This document shows positions 8,739-18,924 of a DNA stretch of 64,000 nt, one piece after another. The notes under the pieces are model-generated. The model worked only from the letters and a program-made list of their open reading frames with translations. It made no database searches and was not told the origin of the DNA. Position numbers and translations under genes: made by a program. Source of the DNA: an uncultured Planctomycetota bacterium (GTDB lineage: Bacteria; Planctomycetota; Phycisphaerae; Tepidisphaerales; Tepidisphaeraceae); NCBI GenBank assembly GCA_963841915.1, contig CAWJEN010000006.1, positions 832,001-896,000 on the forward strand, given 5' to 3'. Every line of letters begins with the position of its first letter. Within the stretch, counting starts at the first letter, position 1.

Positions 8739-9794
8739 ATGAGCCGTCTGTTGTTAGCTGCCGCTTCGTTGCTCGTGTGTTCGCCGCTGGTCATGGCCGA
8801 CCAAATCTGGGTCGGCCGCCTGGGTGCACAGGACGTGACGGTGCGAGGCGTCGAGGAGGGCGAAGTGGTCTACTTTGCCAACGGCCGAGAAGTCCGTACG
8901 CCGCTCGACGAAGTCGCTCGCGTTGAGATCGACGGCCAGGACCAACTTAATGCCGCCGAGGCTGCGTTTCACGAAGGCAACTGGCGAGTCGCCGCCGAGC
9001 AGTACGACCGGCTGCTGACGCGTCGTGGCGGTGAGGACTGGGTCAGGCGGCGAGGCACGTTCCGACTCGTCGAGTCGGCCGCCAAGGCCGGCCTGTTCCC
9101 GCAGGCATCTGCCGGGTTCGTGTCGCTCGTGGAACTCGATCCGGGCGAGGCGGTCGGCAGGCAACCCGATCCGTCGGCGGCGGGCGTCTCACCGGCTGAA
9201 ATCAACGCAGCCCGCGAACGTGTTCGCAACGGCGTCTCAGCAACAGGCAGCAATGCCGCCGCCCGGCAGCAGTTGCTCTCGTTCCTGCTCCAGCTCGACA
9301 ACGCCGTCGGTGACGACGAGGCGGCGGGTAACACGATCAAGCAGTTGTCGACCCTGCTCGGCGAAGACGTGCCGACGGACGCGTCGCAGTGGCCGACCTT
9401 CGCCCGCGTGACGCTGGGTCGGGCGCAGCTTGCCTTGTCATCAAATGATCCGGCTGGGGTCAAGCCGCTTATTGACAAGGCGTCGCCGACGTTTGTGACA
9501 GCTCCGCTCCGGGCAGAGGCATTGCTGATGCTGGCTAAAGCTGCCGAGGCACAGGCCGGTGACAACCGCAGTTCCAAGCTGGACGCAGCGCTTGCGTACG
9601 TCCGTGCGGCAACGCATGGGTCGGACGTGCCGAAGATCGCCGCTGAGGCGTTGCTTGCCGCCGGTGACCTGCATCGGGAGTTGGGCCTGCCTGACGATGC
9701 AAAAGACGTGTACCAGGCGATTGTTCAGCAGTACGCCGACACGCCCGCCGCCGCCGATGCCCAGGCCCGGCTGGACGAAGCTGGCGGTGCGTAA
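8739..9794 (+). CDS. Secreted TPR-like helical-repeat protein
   Basis: Signal peptide; C-terminal AEALLAAG...A..VYQAIVQQYADTPAA repeat pattern. Confidence 0.75.
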   Translation: MSRLLLAAASLLVCSPLVMADQIWVGRLGAQDVTVRGVEEGEVVYFANGREVRTPLDEVARVEIDGQDQLNAAEAAFHEGNWRVAAEQYDRLLTRRGGEDWVRRRGTFRLVESAAKAGLFPQASAGFVSLVELDPGEAVGRQPDPSAAGVSPAEINAARERVRNGVSATGSNAAARQQLLSFLLQLDNAVGDDEAAGNTIKQLSTLLGEDVPTDASQWPTFARVTLGRAQLALSSNDPAGVKPLIDKASPTFVTAPLRAEALLMLAKAAEAQAGDNRSSKLDAALAYVRAATHGSDVPKIAAEALLAAGDLHRELGLPDDAKDVYQAIVQQYADTPAAADAQARLDEAGGA

Positions 9795-9845
9795 GCGGGG
9801 GCGTTCCTTGCGAAACCCCCATCTTCGTGCGACGTTAAGGAAGCT

Positions 9846-10931
9846 ATGAGCGACGTACCCGCCGACGCGACCACCAGTCGCGGCCCATCCGACACCGCCC
9901 CACAGGCCCCCGACGAGGCGGGCAACTACAAGAGCTATCGCAGAAACGTCTGGCGCAAGAGCTGGTTGCAGAGCGTGGTGCCGTGGGCGACGAGCTTTGT
10001 CGTGCACGTGGCGTTGCTGGCCGTCGCGTTGTCGTTACTGGTGACGTACAAGGTCGCTGTTGACAGCGGCCCGGTGGTCGAGCCGGCCAACATCGCCAGC
10101 GCCAAGCTCGCCGAGACGAACGTCGGCGCGACGCCGAATGTCGGCAACGTCGACGACGTCACCCGGCAGAACGCAAGCCTCAACCCCGTCGAGCAAAGCA
10201 CCGACTTCCGCTCGCAAGGCGACGGCGAAAGCACCAACGACCTGCTGGCCGCCACGAGCGGCGGGGCCATGACCGACAGCGCGACCGGCGTGACGGGCAT
10301 GGGTGAGCTCAGCGACGCACTGGGCGGCGGCGGGGGCGAAGGCAGCCCGCTGTTCGGCGAGCCTGGCGGCGGTGACGGGTTCATGGGCATGGGCATGGGT
10401 GGCGACGGCTCCAACGTCACCAACATCGTCTTCGTCTGCGACTCCTCAGGCTCCATGGGTGGCGAAAAGCAGTTCCTGCTGTTTCAGGAGATTCGCAACG
10501 CCATCGCGCCGCTCGAGATCGAGCAGGCGTTCAACATCGTCTTTTTCAGCGGTGACGGCTTCTCCGTCGCTTTTCCAGGCGAACTCAAGCCAGCCAGTCC
10601 TCGGTTTATGGAAGAGGCGGGCGACTTCCTCGACACCGTCAACATGACCGGCCAAACCAACCCGATTCCGGCCTTGGAAGCGGCCTTTGCCATGAAGCCC
10701 GCGCCGCAGTTGATCTTCTTCCTGAGCGACGGCGACTTCGACGGCGTCGTCCAATATCAGGACGTTGTCTCGACGATTGAGCGGCTCAACAGCAACGCAA
10801 CGCCACCGGTCATGATCAACACGATTCAGTTCATCGACAAGGCCGAGGCCGCCGAGGATGTGCTGAAACGTATTGCCTCGATGACGGGTGGCGACTACCA
10901 GTATGTCGATCGAAACTTCTTCGACAACTAA
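9846..10931 (+). CDS. Membrane-anchored vWA-domain protein
   Basis: TM helix with SxxxH motif (SFVVHVA), Gly-rich linker, MIDAS DSSGSM...T...LSDG. Confidence 0.85.
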   Translation: MSDVPADATTSRGPSDTAPQAPDEAGNYKSYRRNVWRKSWLQSVVPWATSFVVHVALLAVALSLLVTYKVAVDSGPVVEPANIASAKLAETNVGATPNVGNVDDVTRQNASLNPVEQSTDFRSQGDGESTNDLLAATSGGAMTDSATGVTGMGELSDALGGGGGEGSPLFGEPGGGDGFMGMGMGGDGSNVTNIVFVCDSSGSMGGEKQFLLFQEIRNAIAPLEIEQAFNIVFFSGDGFSVAFPGELKPASPRFMEEAGDFLDTVNMTGQTNPIPALEAAFAMKPAPQLIFFLSDGDFDGVVQYQDVVSTIERLNSNATPPVMINTIQFIDKAEAAEDVLKRIASMTGGDYQYVDRNFFDN

Positions 10932-11057
10932 CCCGTCATGTTGAAGCCACGCCGCTTGTGCTTTGACGCCAGCCGCTTCGTCTGCAAGAGTGACTGCCCC
11001 GCCTTTGGCCGCTGCATCCTGCACGGCGTTCGTCCTATCTGCTGTTTGCACTCGCAC

Positions 11058-11939
11058 ATGTCGACTTCCTCCCTTTCGTCTGCGACGACGCTCGCCCAGA
11101 GCCGCCTCAAACTTGCCGCCGTCGTCGCCGGTCTTGGCATCGGCTGCTTTGCTGTGTTGCCTGCCCTGGCTCAGGACGCGCCCGAAGCGACCGGCGAGGC
11201 GGCCAATGTTGCCTCCAGCGCTTGGCTGTTGCCGTTCGAGTCGGTGACGCGGTTCCCGCCGGAGCCGGTGTCGCTCGTGATCATTCTGCTGAGCTTCGTC
11301 GCCGTAACGCTGATTATTCAGGCGACGCTGCGGGCCAGGCGTCAAGTGTTGCTCCCTGCCGAGGCCGACGAGCAGATCGAAGAGCTCATCCGGGAGCGCA
11401 AGTTCCGCGAGCTCATCGAGTTCACCGAAGAAGATGACAGCTTCGTCAGCCGTTCGCTCAATCCGGCTTTGAAGCGCGCACCAAGCTTCACCGACATGCG
11501 CGAGAGCCTCGAAGCAAGCGTCGCCGACGAGACGGCAGAAGAGTTCCGCAAGCTCGAGTACATCAACATCCTGGCCAATGTCGGCCCGCTTCTGGGTCTG
11601 CTCGGCACCGTCGTCGGCATCATGGACGCGTTTCTCGCCATGCAAAAAGCCGGCGGATCGGCAGACGTCGGCGCGCTCGCCGGCGGTATCTCGACCGCAC
11701 TCGGCACGACCATGCTCGGCCTCGTCCTGGCTATCCCGTCGCTCGTCGCCTACGGCATGCTTCGCAACAAGGTCGACCGACTCACCACCGAAGGCGCCCT
11801 CGCCGCCGAGGAGTACCTGCTCCTCATCAAGCCTGACAAGAGCAGCGCGTCGAGCTCGTCGTCATCACGTTCGTCTGCCCCGAAGCCGACGCCGTCCAAA
11901 GCCCCTGCCCGTCAGTCGGCACCGGTTCCTTCGGAATAA
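11058..11939 (+). CDS. exbB: MotA/TolQ/ExbB proton-channel protein
   Basis: ANVGPLLGLLGTVVGIMDAF...LAGGISTALGTTMLGLVLAIP. Confidence 0.9.
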   Translation: MSTSSLSSATTLAQSRLKLAAVVAGLGIGCFAVLPALAQDAPEATGEAANVASSAWLLPFESVTRFPPEPVSLVIILLSFVAVTLIIQATLRARRQVLLPAEADEQIEELIRERKFRELIEFTEEDDSFVSRSLNPALKRAPSFTDMRESLEASVADETAEEFRKLEYINILANVGPLLGLLGTVVGIMDAFLAMQKAGGSADVGALAGGISTALGTTMLGLVLAIPSLVAYGMLRNKVDRLTTEGALAAEEYLLLIKPDKSSASSSSSSRSSAPKPTPSKAPARQSAPVPSE

Positions 11940-11960
11940 CGCCCGTCTCACCAGCTCGTC

Positions 11961-12446
11961 ATGAAGCGACGCTCCAAGCCACTACCCGGTCAGGCGGTCA
12001 ACATCACGCCGCTGAGCGACATCATGTTGTCGCTCTTGATCTTCTTCATGCTCGTCAGCAAGACGGGTGTCGAGACGGGTGCCGACCGCGAGCTGCCGTT
12101 GCCGGTCGCCACGCTCGGCATCACGCAGGACCAGTTCGACGAAGAGCGGGTGGCCACCAGCTTCCTGGTCGTCAACGTTCGCGAGTCACCTGTGCCGGGA
12201 AATCCAAGCGTCTACGGCAAGTACATCGTTTCCGGAGAAGAGTGGCGATTTACCACCCGTGACCCCCGCACCGACAGCCCGACGCTGCAGCGTTTTATCT
12301 CCGACTTCAAGAAGGACCGCGACGATTTCGAGGTCTACATCCACGCCGGCCGAAATACGCCGTATCGGGATATCGAGGCCGTCCTGCGTGCGGTCAGCAG
12401 TGCCGATGTCGCCGGCGTGCAGTACGCGTTCGATCAACCGATCTGA
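11961..12446 (+). CDS. exbD: ExbD/TolR family protein
   Basis: NITPLSDIMLSLLIFFML with the conserved TM Asp. Confidence 0.85.
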   Translation: MKRRSKPLPGQAVNITPLSDIMLSLLIFFMLVSKTGVETGADRELPLPVATLGITQDQFDEERVATSFLVVNVRESPVPGNPSVYGKYIVSGEEWRFTTRDPRTDSPTLQRFISDFKKDRDDFEVYIHAGRNTPYRDIEAVLRAVSSADVAGVQYAFDQPI

Positions 12447-12449
12447 GTC

Positions 12450-12902
12450 ATGAAACGAGTCCGCCAACAACGTCGTGACGAGCCGCCGAACCTGACGCCT
12501 GTCGTCAATGTGGCCATGGTCGTGCTCGTCGTCTTCATGCTGACGGCCAGCTTCATCGAGCCCCAACCCTACATGCAAAGCCGCGTCGCGCTGCTCGAGC
12601 AGGGCGGCCAATCGTCCTACACGGCAGAGGACGAACCACTACGCGTCAGCGTCGACATCGATCCGGCCACGCCCAGCGAGTTCACCGCCACCATCGGCGG
12701 TGACCGCACGGGCGATGACGCTCAGCTCCGTGCCATCTTTCAAGCCCGGGCCGACGCACTTACCGGCATCGACGCCGACCTCGGTGCCACGCAGGTCGAG
12801 ATCAGCCCGCAGCAGCAAGTTGTCTGGCAGCACCTGCTGACGGTTTATCAAGCCGCTCAATTCGCCGGCTTCTCGAACATCACGTTCACGCCCGGCCGCT
12901 GA
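12450..12902 (+). CDS. exbD: Second ExbD/TolR family protein (TM Asp replaced by Asn)
   Basis: NLTPVVNVAMVVLVVFML. Confidence 0.8.
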   Translation: MKRVRQQRRDEPPNLTPVVNVAMVVLVVFMLTASFIEPQPYMQSRVALLEQGGQSSYTAEDEPLRVSVDIDPATPSEFTATIGGDRTGDDAQLRAIFQARADALTGIDADLGATQVEISPQQQVVWQHLLTVYQAAQFAGFSNITFTPGR

Positions 12903-12999
12903 AAATTTGGTTCGCAGCATGTAACCGTCAAAGCCACTTCAGTGGCCTTGCTCCCGCACGCACCTCACCCTCAGACACCGTCGCCCTCTAAGCTCCACC

Positions 13000-15846
13000 A
13001 TGTCTCTGCCTCGAAGCACTGTGACGAAGCAATTGATCCTTCTGCGTGCAACAGCAGGCGTGGTCTTTGCGTTGACGATGACTGCCGCGGCGCAGGTCGA
13101 CCAAGGTCCGACGGGTCTTGACGCCTTGGACGAGGGTCGCGTTCTGTCGAAGGTCACCGACCTGGGCCTGGGCGACCTGCTGCGTCATGCGATCGAGGCC
13201 GATGGTGTCTCGCCCGATGATGCCGACGTGTATTTGGCGAACCTTGCCTTGGCACGGTTGACCGGCGACGTTCCCGTTCCCGCCGCCGAACGGCAGGCAC
13301 TGGTCCTCGACATAGCGGGTGGCGTCGACGAATTGATATCCCGCGAGCCCGACGAGCGCGAGGTCACGCGGCTGGCCGGTCAGATGCTCAGCCAGGCCAG
13401 CGTCCTCATCGACCGCGGCATCGGTGAAGAGGTGCGACTGCTCGAGTACTTCGGCGACAACCCCGACCGCCGCCGGTACGTCGGCACGGTTGCCGAGGCC
13501 GTCGCCAAGCTGCTCAACCGGTCAGCCGATCTGTACGAGGGTGAGTCGACGCGGCTGGCCGACCTCATCGTGCGGGCCGGCCAGCCCGAGCAGGCGCTCG
13601 CCGCCGAGGCCCAACGGTCGGCTCGGCAGGCACGGTCGCTGGCCACCTTCGCAGACTACTACCGGGTCCTGGGCACAGATCCCGACGTGCCGCAACGCAT
13701 CAATCTGGCCGAAGACGTCGCCCAGCGATTAGCCAGTTTGAATACGTCGCGCAACCCCAGCCGAGGCTTCGTCCAGCTCATGCTCGGCAAGGTGAATCAG
13801 GCCCGCGGCAATGCCACCGGGCGCGAGCAAGCGGTCGAGTACTTTGAGCAGGCGATCACCAACGAGCAGAATCCGGCACGCCTCTTCGACGCCTACTTCG
13901 GCCGGGCTGTCACCACGGCACAGCTGGGTCAAGCGGACGAAGCCGCCCAGCAGCTCGCCACGTTCCAGAGGTGGTTCGACCAGCAACCTGCCGACGCGCT
14001 GCCGGGGCGTGACGCGCTCATGCTCGTCGCCGCCTACCGCGTCGCCGAAGCCGCTGCGTCAACTGCCACGACCGACACCGCCAAGCAGGCAGCCGACGAT
14101 CAGGCGACGCAGTTGCTCGTGGAGCTCGTCGAGCAGCACGAAGGCTACCGCCCGATTGTGACCGGTCAGCTGCTGGCCCGCACGGGGGACGACGACGGCG
14201 GCGAGATCGGAGAACTTACGCCGCTCGTGCTCGACGCGATCGTCGACAAGGGCCGAGTCGAGGCGGCAGAAATCGCGGCGGGTGAGGACGGTGACAGGGC
14301 CGCCATTGAGCGTGGTGTCGAGGCGGCCGAGGAGCTTGCCGCCCGTGCCGAGGCCGGCGCGGAGGGCGTTGATCAGCAGGCCGCCGCCCGCAATACGTTC
14401 CTGGCCGCGTTGATGACGCGGACGCTCGGCGACGATCTTGGTGCTGCCGAACTGTTTGTCCGCTACGGCGACTTGCCGGCAGCAGAGCCCGACCGCCGCC
14501 TGAGCAGTTACCGGCAGGCGATGGCGATCGTGGATCAGGTACGCCGCCAAAGCCCGGCGGAAGCCGACAGTGACCTGGCCGTCCGTACCGACGCCGTCGA
14601 GGCCAAGCTGCTGCCGGCCTTGGTCGACGACTTCAACGAGGTCCGCTTTGCCTTCGACCTGGCGAACCGCCGTCATCGCGCCGGCGAGCTGACCGACGCC
14701 GTGACCTATTACGCGCAGGTGCCTGCCGACGACCCGCGGAAGCCGTCTGCCGAGCGGTTGCAGTTCCTGGCGATGGCCGAGTCGGCATCGAAGGGCGAGG
14801 CCGATCCTGCGGCCGTGTCGCAAGCTGTCACCCAGGGCGAAGCTGCCGTGACCGCCAACGAGCAGGCGGCCAGCGCCGCCTCGGGCAGCGTGAAGGAGGC
14901 CTATCAGCTTTCAATCGCAGAGACGAAAGTTGCGCTGGCACGATTAGCGTTGAACGAGCTGGCCGACAGCGGGCGGGCGTCGCGTTACCTCGCCGGCATC
15001 GAGCAGGATCTGCAAGGCATCGACGCCGCCCGTGGTGTGCTGGAAGACGCGCTGCCGCTTCGCTTCCAAGCTCAAGCGGCGTCGGGCGATGTCGACGGCG
15101 CGACGGCCGACCTGCTTGCGTTGCTCGAGCAGAGCGACCCGGTTCGCGGGTTCCGCTACATTGAGCAGTTCCGTGACACGCTCAGCCGAGCCTACGACGC
15201 AGCCGTGCGTCGTGGCGACGAGGAGCAACGCAAGAGCTTGACCCTCACCCGAGCCGCTGTGACACCCAAGCTGGTCGACTGGATCGAAAGCAGCGACGAC
15301 CCGGCGTACCGCAAGTACGCCTACACGTTCCGCACGCTTGACGCCGAGACGCAATACCAGGCCGCGCTGGAAGAAAGCGGCGGCGACCGCCGCACCGAAC
15401 GCCTGCGTGTCGCGCTGGATCGTTACCGCCAGCTCGCCGAGGCCGAGCAGGTCCGCCAGTTCCGCAACCTCATCGACGGCCTGACCGACGCTCAACGTGA
15501 GACGGTGCAGTACGACCCGAACGTGTTGCTCAATCAGGCACGCATCCACTTCGAACTCGGCGAGTACGAGCAGACTCGCAACGTGCTGGGCCGCCTGCTC
15601 AGCGACCGCACGCTCGGCGACCCGATGCGCCTCGAAGCCATTGACGGCGTCACCCGCGAGGTGCCCAATGACGACTTCTGGGAAGCGCAGCTTCGTTACG
15701 CTCAGGCCAGCCTGCGGACCGACGAAGCCAACCGCGACGACGTGAAGAAGCTCGTCCAACGCCTCGACGCGCTCAACGGCGACGCCGTTGACGCAACGAA
15801 GTGGGCAGACGAGTTTGCCGCGTTACGGCAAGAACTCGGCCTGTAA
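13000..15846 (+). CDS. Large secreted TPR/alpha-helical repeat protein
   Basis: Signal-peptide-like N-terminus; 948 aa Ala/Leu/Glu-rich helical repeats. Confidence 0.75.
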   Translation: MSLPRSTVTKQLILLRATAGVVFALTMTAAAQVDQGPTGLDALDEGRVLSKVTDLGLGDLLRHAIEADGVSPDDADVYLANLALARLTGDVPVPAAERQALVLDIAGGVDELISREPDEREVTRLAGQMLSQASVLIDRGIGEEVRLLEYFGDNPDRRRYVGTVAEAVAKLLNRSADLYEGESTRLADLIVRAGQPEQALAAEAQRSARQARSLATFADYYRVLGTDPDVPQRINLAEDVAQRLASLNTSRNPSRGFVQLMLGKVNQARGNATGREQAVEYFEQAITNEQNPARLFDAYFGRAVTTAQLGQADEAAQQLATFQRWFDQQPADALPGRDALMLVAAYRVAEAAASTATTDTAKQAADDQATQLLVELVEQHEGYRPIVTGQLLARTGDDDGGEIGELTPLVLDAIVDKGRVEAAEIAAGEDGDRAAIERGVEAAEELAARAEAGAEGVDQQAAARNTFLAALMTRTLGDDLGAAELFVRYGDLPAAEPDRRLSSYRQAMAIVDQVRRQSPAEADSDLAVRTDAVEAKLLPALVDDFNEVRFAFDLANRRHRAGELTDAVTYYAQVPADDPRKPSAERLQFLAMAESASKGEADPAAVSQAVTQGEAAVTANEQAASAASGSVKEAYQLSIAETKVALARLALNELADSGRASRYLAGIEQDLQGIDAARGVLEDALPLRFQAQAASGDVDGATADLLALLEQSDPVRGFRYIEQFRDTLSRAYDAAVRRGDEEQRKSLTLTRAAVTPKLVDWIESSDDPAYRKYAYTFRTLDAETQYQAALEESGGDRRTERLRVALDRYRQLAEAEQVRQFRNLIDGLTDAQRETVQYDPNVLLNQARIHFELGEYEQTRNVLGRLLSDRTLGDPMRLEAIDGVTREVPNDDFWEAQLRYAQASLRTDEANRDDVKKLVQRLDALNGDAVDATKWADEFAALRQELGL

Positions 15847-15854
15847 GGTGGGTC

Positions 15855-17228
15855 ATGGCAGACGACGCTTTGATGATCGGGGTGAGCGGCATGCGTGGCA
15901 CGATCGGCGGCACGCTGACGCCGCGCATCGTCGCTCGGATGGCCGGCGCGTACGCTACATACCTGTGGAGCCGGCACGAACGGAGCAACGACAAGCCGCC
16001 GCACGTCGTGCTGGGGCGTGATTCGCGACCGAGTGGCGCGTGGGTTCGCGATGCCGCCGTCGCGTCGCTTGTTGCAGCCGGTTGCGAGGTGACGGATCTC
16101 GGCGTCGTCACCACGCCAGGTGTGGCCATGCGGGTCGAACAGCTACAAGCCGATGCCGGCATGGTCGTGACGGCAAGTCACAACCCGATCCAATGGAATG
16201 GCCTGAAGCTGCTCGACCATCGCGGCGTCGCGCCACCACCGGCGGAGGTCGCCAGCGTCATCGACCTTTACGAGCGTGATGAAGCCACGCACGTGACGGT
16301 GGATCGACTCGTGATGCCAAGGAGTGATCCGCAGACGCACCCGTACCACGTCGAGCGGATCATCGACCGCATCGACGCCCTTGGCGTCTACACGAAGGCG
16401 TTCAAGGTCGTTGTCGACAGCGTCAACGGGGCCGGCTGTGTGACGAGCGCGACGATGCTCAGCAAGCTCGGCTGCCGACTCGTGCACCTGAATGATCGGT
16501 CCGATGGCCAGTTCCCGCACGAGCCGGAGCCGACGGAGGCGAACCTGACGCAGCTGTGCGAGGCGGTCCGGAAGCAGAAGGCGGCAGTCGGTTTTGCACA
16601 GGATCCGGACGCGGATCGCCTGGCCATCGTCGATGAGAACGGCCACTACATCGGCGAGGAGTACAGCCTGGCGTTGTGTGCCCGTCACATCCTCAGCAAG
16701 AAGCCGGGCGGTGTGGTGGTGACGAATCTCTCGACGAGCCGCATGGTCGACGATGTGGCCGCGAAGTTCGGCGGACGCGTCATCCGCACGCCGGTCGGCG
16801 AAGCCAATGTGATCGACGCGATGCTCCGTGAAGGGGCGACCATCGGCGGCGAGGGCAACGGCGGCGTCATTGACCCACGCATCGTCAAAGGCCGTGACTC
16901 GCTCGTCGGCATGGCTTACGTCCTGCAGCTCATGGCCGACACAGGCATGACGATCAGCGAGCTCGTTGCCGAGATGCCCAGCTACGCGATCGTCAAGGAC
17001 AAGCTGCCCTTGGCCAAGAAGGAAGACGCCACCGCGGTCATCGACAAGATCAGCGCGAAGTATGACAACGAAAACCAGGACAGCAGCGACGGCCTTCGGA
17101 TCGACTGGCCCGACGGCTGGTTGAGCGTCCGGGCCAGCAACACTGAGCCGATTCTGCGGCTCATCTGCGAAGCGCCCGACGAGTCTGCGGCCAGGTCGCG
17201 GCTTCAAGAGGCTCGGAGCGTCTTGTGA
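15855..17228 (+). CDS. glmM: Phosphoglucosamine/phosphomannomutase (alpha-D-phosphohexomutase)
   Basis: GRDSR, TASHNP, DPDADR, GGEGNGG, RASNTEP. Confidence 0.85.
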   Translation: MADDALMIGVSGMRGTIGGTLTPRIVARMAGAYATYLWSRHERSNDKPPHVVLGRDSRPSGAWVRDAAVASLVAAGCEVTDLGVVTTPGVAMRVEQLQADAGMVVTASHNPIQWNGLKLLDHRGVAPPPAEVASVIDLYERDEATHVTVDRLVMPRSDPQTHPYHVERIIDRIDALGVYTKAFKVVVDSVNGAGCVTSATMLSKLGCRLVHLNDRSDGQFPHEPEPTEANLTQLCEAVRKQKAAVGFAQDPDADRLAIVDENGHYIGEEYSLALCARHILSKKPGGVVVTNLSTSRMVDDVAAKFGGRVIRTPVGEANVIDAMLREGATIGGEGNGGVIDPRIVKGRDSLVGMAYVLQLMADTGMTISELVAEMPSYAIVKDKLPLAKKEDATAVIDKISAKYDNENQDSSDGLRIDWPDGWLSVRASNTEPILRLICEAPDESAARSRLQEARSVL

Positions 17229-17318
17229 GGCCTGCGTCCACTTCGGCAGAAATGAACCCGGCCGCCCAAGGTGGCGCTACTGTTTGGTAGGCGTTCCCGT
17301 TCGCAAACCCACCATCTC

Positions 17319-17852
17319 ATGGCAACCCCCAGCGGCCCCAACAACGAGTCTTGCGAGCATTGCAACAAGCCCAAGACGGTTCATGTCACCGAGATCAAGG
17401 CAGGTGCGAAAATCGAGAAGCATCTGTGCAAGGACTGTCCCCTCGTCAACGACGGCATGGCCGGCAATGCAAAGACGCACCAGCCGATCAACGAGCTGCT
17501 GAGTAACTTCGTTTTGGCCCACAGCGGAAACGCTGGCAGCAAGACCGTCAAGGAGTGCGACACCTGTGCGACTACCTGGGCGAAGTTTAAGCAGAATGGA
17601 TTGCTCGGCTGTGAGATCGACTACACGATCTTTGAGGAAGATCTAACGCCTTTGCTCAAGCGGGCGCACGAAGGGGCGACGCACCACACCGGCAAGGTCC
17701 CGTCCCGGCGGCGGGGCGATGGCGCGGTTCGCAAGCGCGAGCCGAGCGTGGGTCGGCTGCGTCGAGAGCTCGAGCGGGCGGTCGAGGCCGAAGATTACGA
17801 ATCGGCGGCCAAGATTCGCGACCAGATTGCCACCTCCGAAGGAGCGTCATGA
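17319..17852 (+). CDS. mcsA: McsA, activator of protein arginine kinase
   Basis: CxxC motifs, HTGKVP, C-terminal UVR motif (EDYESAAKIRDQI); overlaps mcsB. Confidence 0.9.
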   Translation: MATPSGPNNESCEHCNKPKTVHVTEIKAGAKIEKHLCKDCPLVNDGMAGNAKTHQPINELLSNFVLAHSGNAGSKTVKECDTCATTWAKFKQNGLLGCEIDYTIFEEDLTPLLKRAHEGATHHTGKVPSRRRGDGAVRKREPSVGRLRRELERAVEAEDYESAAKIRDQIATSEGAS

Positions 17853-18904
17853 AGTTAAGCGACCTCACCAGCAAGGCCGGCGAATGGCTCCGCGGTAGCG
17901 GCCCCATGAGCGAGACCGTCATCTCCAGCCGCGTGCGATTGGCCCGGAACGTCAGCGGTTACCAGTTCCTCTCGACCGCCAGCCGGAGCAAGCGGAAGGA
18001 ACTCGAGCAGCGCATCCGCGAAACGATTCTTGACGCCGACCTGGCACGGCAGACGCTCTACGTCGACCTCGAACAGGCCAGTGAAGTCGATCGCGATCTG
18101 CTCGTCGAACGGCATCTCATCAGCAAGCAGCACGCCTCGGCAGAAGGTGCACGCGGCGTGGCGGTCGGTGAGGATGAAGACCTGTCGATCATGGTCAATG
18201 AGGAAGACCACCTGCGTCTGCAGGTGCTCAAGAGCGGCCTGCAGCTCGACGAAGCGTGGGAGCAGATCGATGCCGTCGATGATGCGCTCGAGGAACAGCT
18301 CGAGTTCGCCTTCCACCCCCGGTTCGGCTATCTGACGGCCTGCCCGACGAACGTCGGCACCGGCATCCGCGTCAGCGTCATGCTCCATCTGCCGGCCCTG
18401 AAGCTCACGGGTGAAATTGAAAAGGTCTTCCGCGCCGCCAAGGACATGAAGCTCGCCGTCCGTGGTCTGTACGGCGAAGGAACCGAAGCAACCGGCGACT
18501 TCTACCAGGTCAGCAACCAGACGACGCTCGGCAAGGAAGAGCAGGAGATCATCGCAGACTTCAAGCATGTGACGATCCCCAAGATCATCGAGTACGAGCA
18601 GCAGGCCCGCCGCACCCTCCGCGGCGAGCGGGCGACGGCCCTCGACGACATCGTCTTTCGAGCCCTCGGCCTACTGACGTCTGCACGGCTCATGAGCAGC
18701 GAAGAGGCGCTCAAGCTGCTGAGCCATCTTCGACTCGGCATCCACCTCGGCCGCGTCAAGGACATCGAGATCGCCTCGGTGAACGAGCTCGTCCTCATGA
18801 CGCAGCCGGCTCACCTGCAGAAACTCATGGGCAAGAAGCTCGAAGGCGACAACCGCAAGGCAGCCAGAGCGGAGTTTATCCGCTACAAGCTCAAAGCTGT
18901 TTGA
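17849..18904 (+). CDS. mcsB: Protein arginine kinase
   Basis: SSRVRLARN, NEEDHLR, GYLTACPTNVGTG, RGLYGEG, SNQTTLG. Confidence 0.95.
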   Translation: MKLSDLTSKAGEWLRGSGPMSETVISSRVRLARNVSGYQFLSTASRSKRKELEQRIRETILDADLARQTLYVDLEQASEVDRDLLVERHLISKQHASAEGARGVAVGEDEDLSIMVNEEDHLRLQVLKSGLQLDEAWEQIDAVDDALEEQLEFAFHPRFGYLTACPTNVGTGIRVSVMLHLPALKLTGEIEKVFRAAKDMKLAVRGLYGEGTEATGDFYQVSNQTTLGKEEQEIIADFKHVTIPKIIEYEQQARRTLRGERATALDDIVFRALGLLTSARLMSSEEALKLLSHLRLGIHLGRVKDIEIASVNELVLMTQPAHLQKLMGKKLEGDNRKAARAEFIRYKLKAV

Positions 18905-18924
18905 GTTGTCGGTAGCATGACTGC

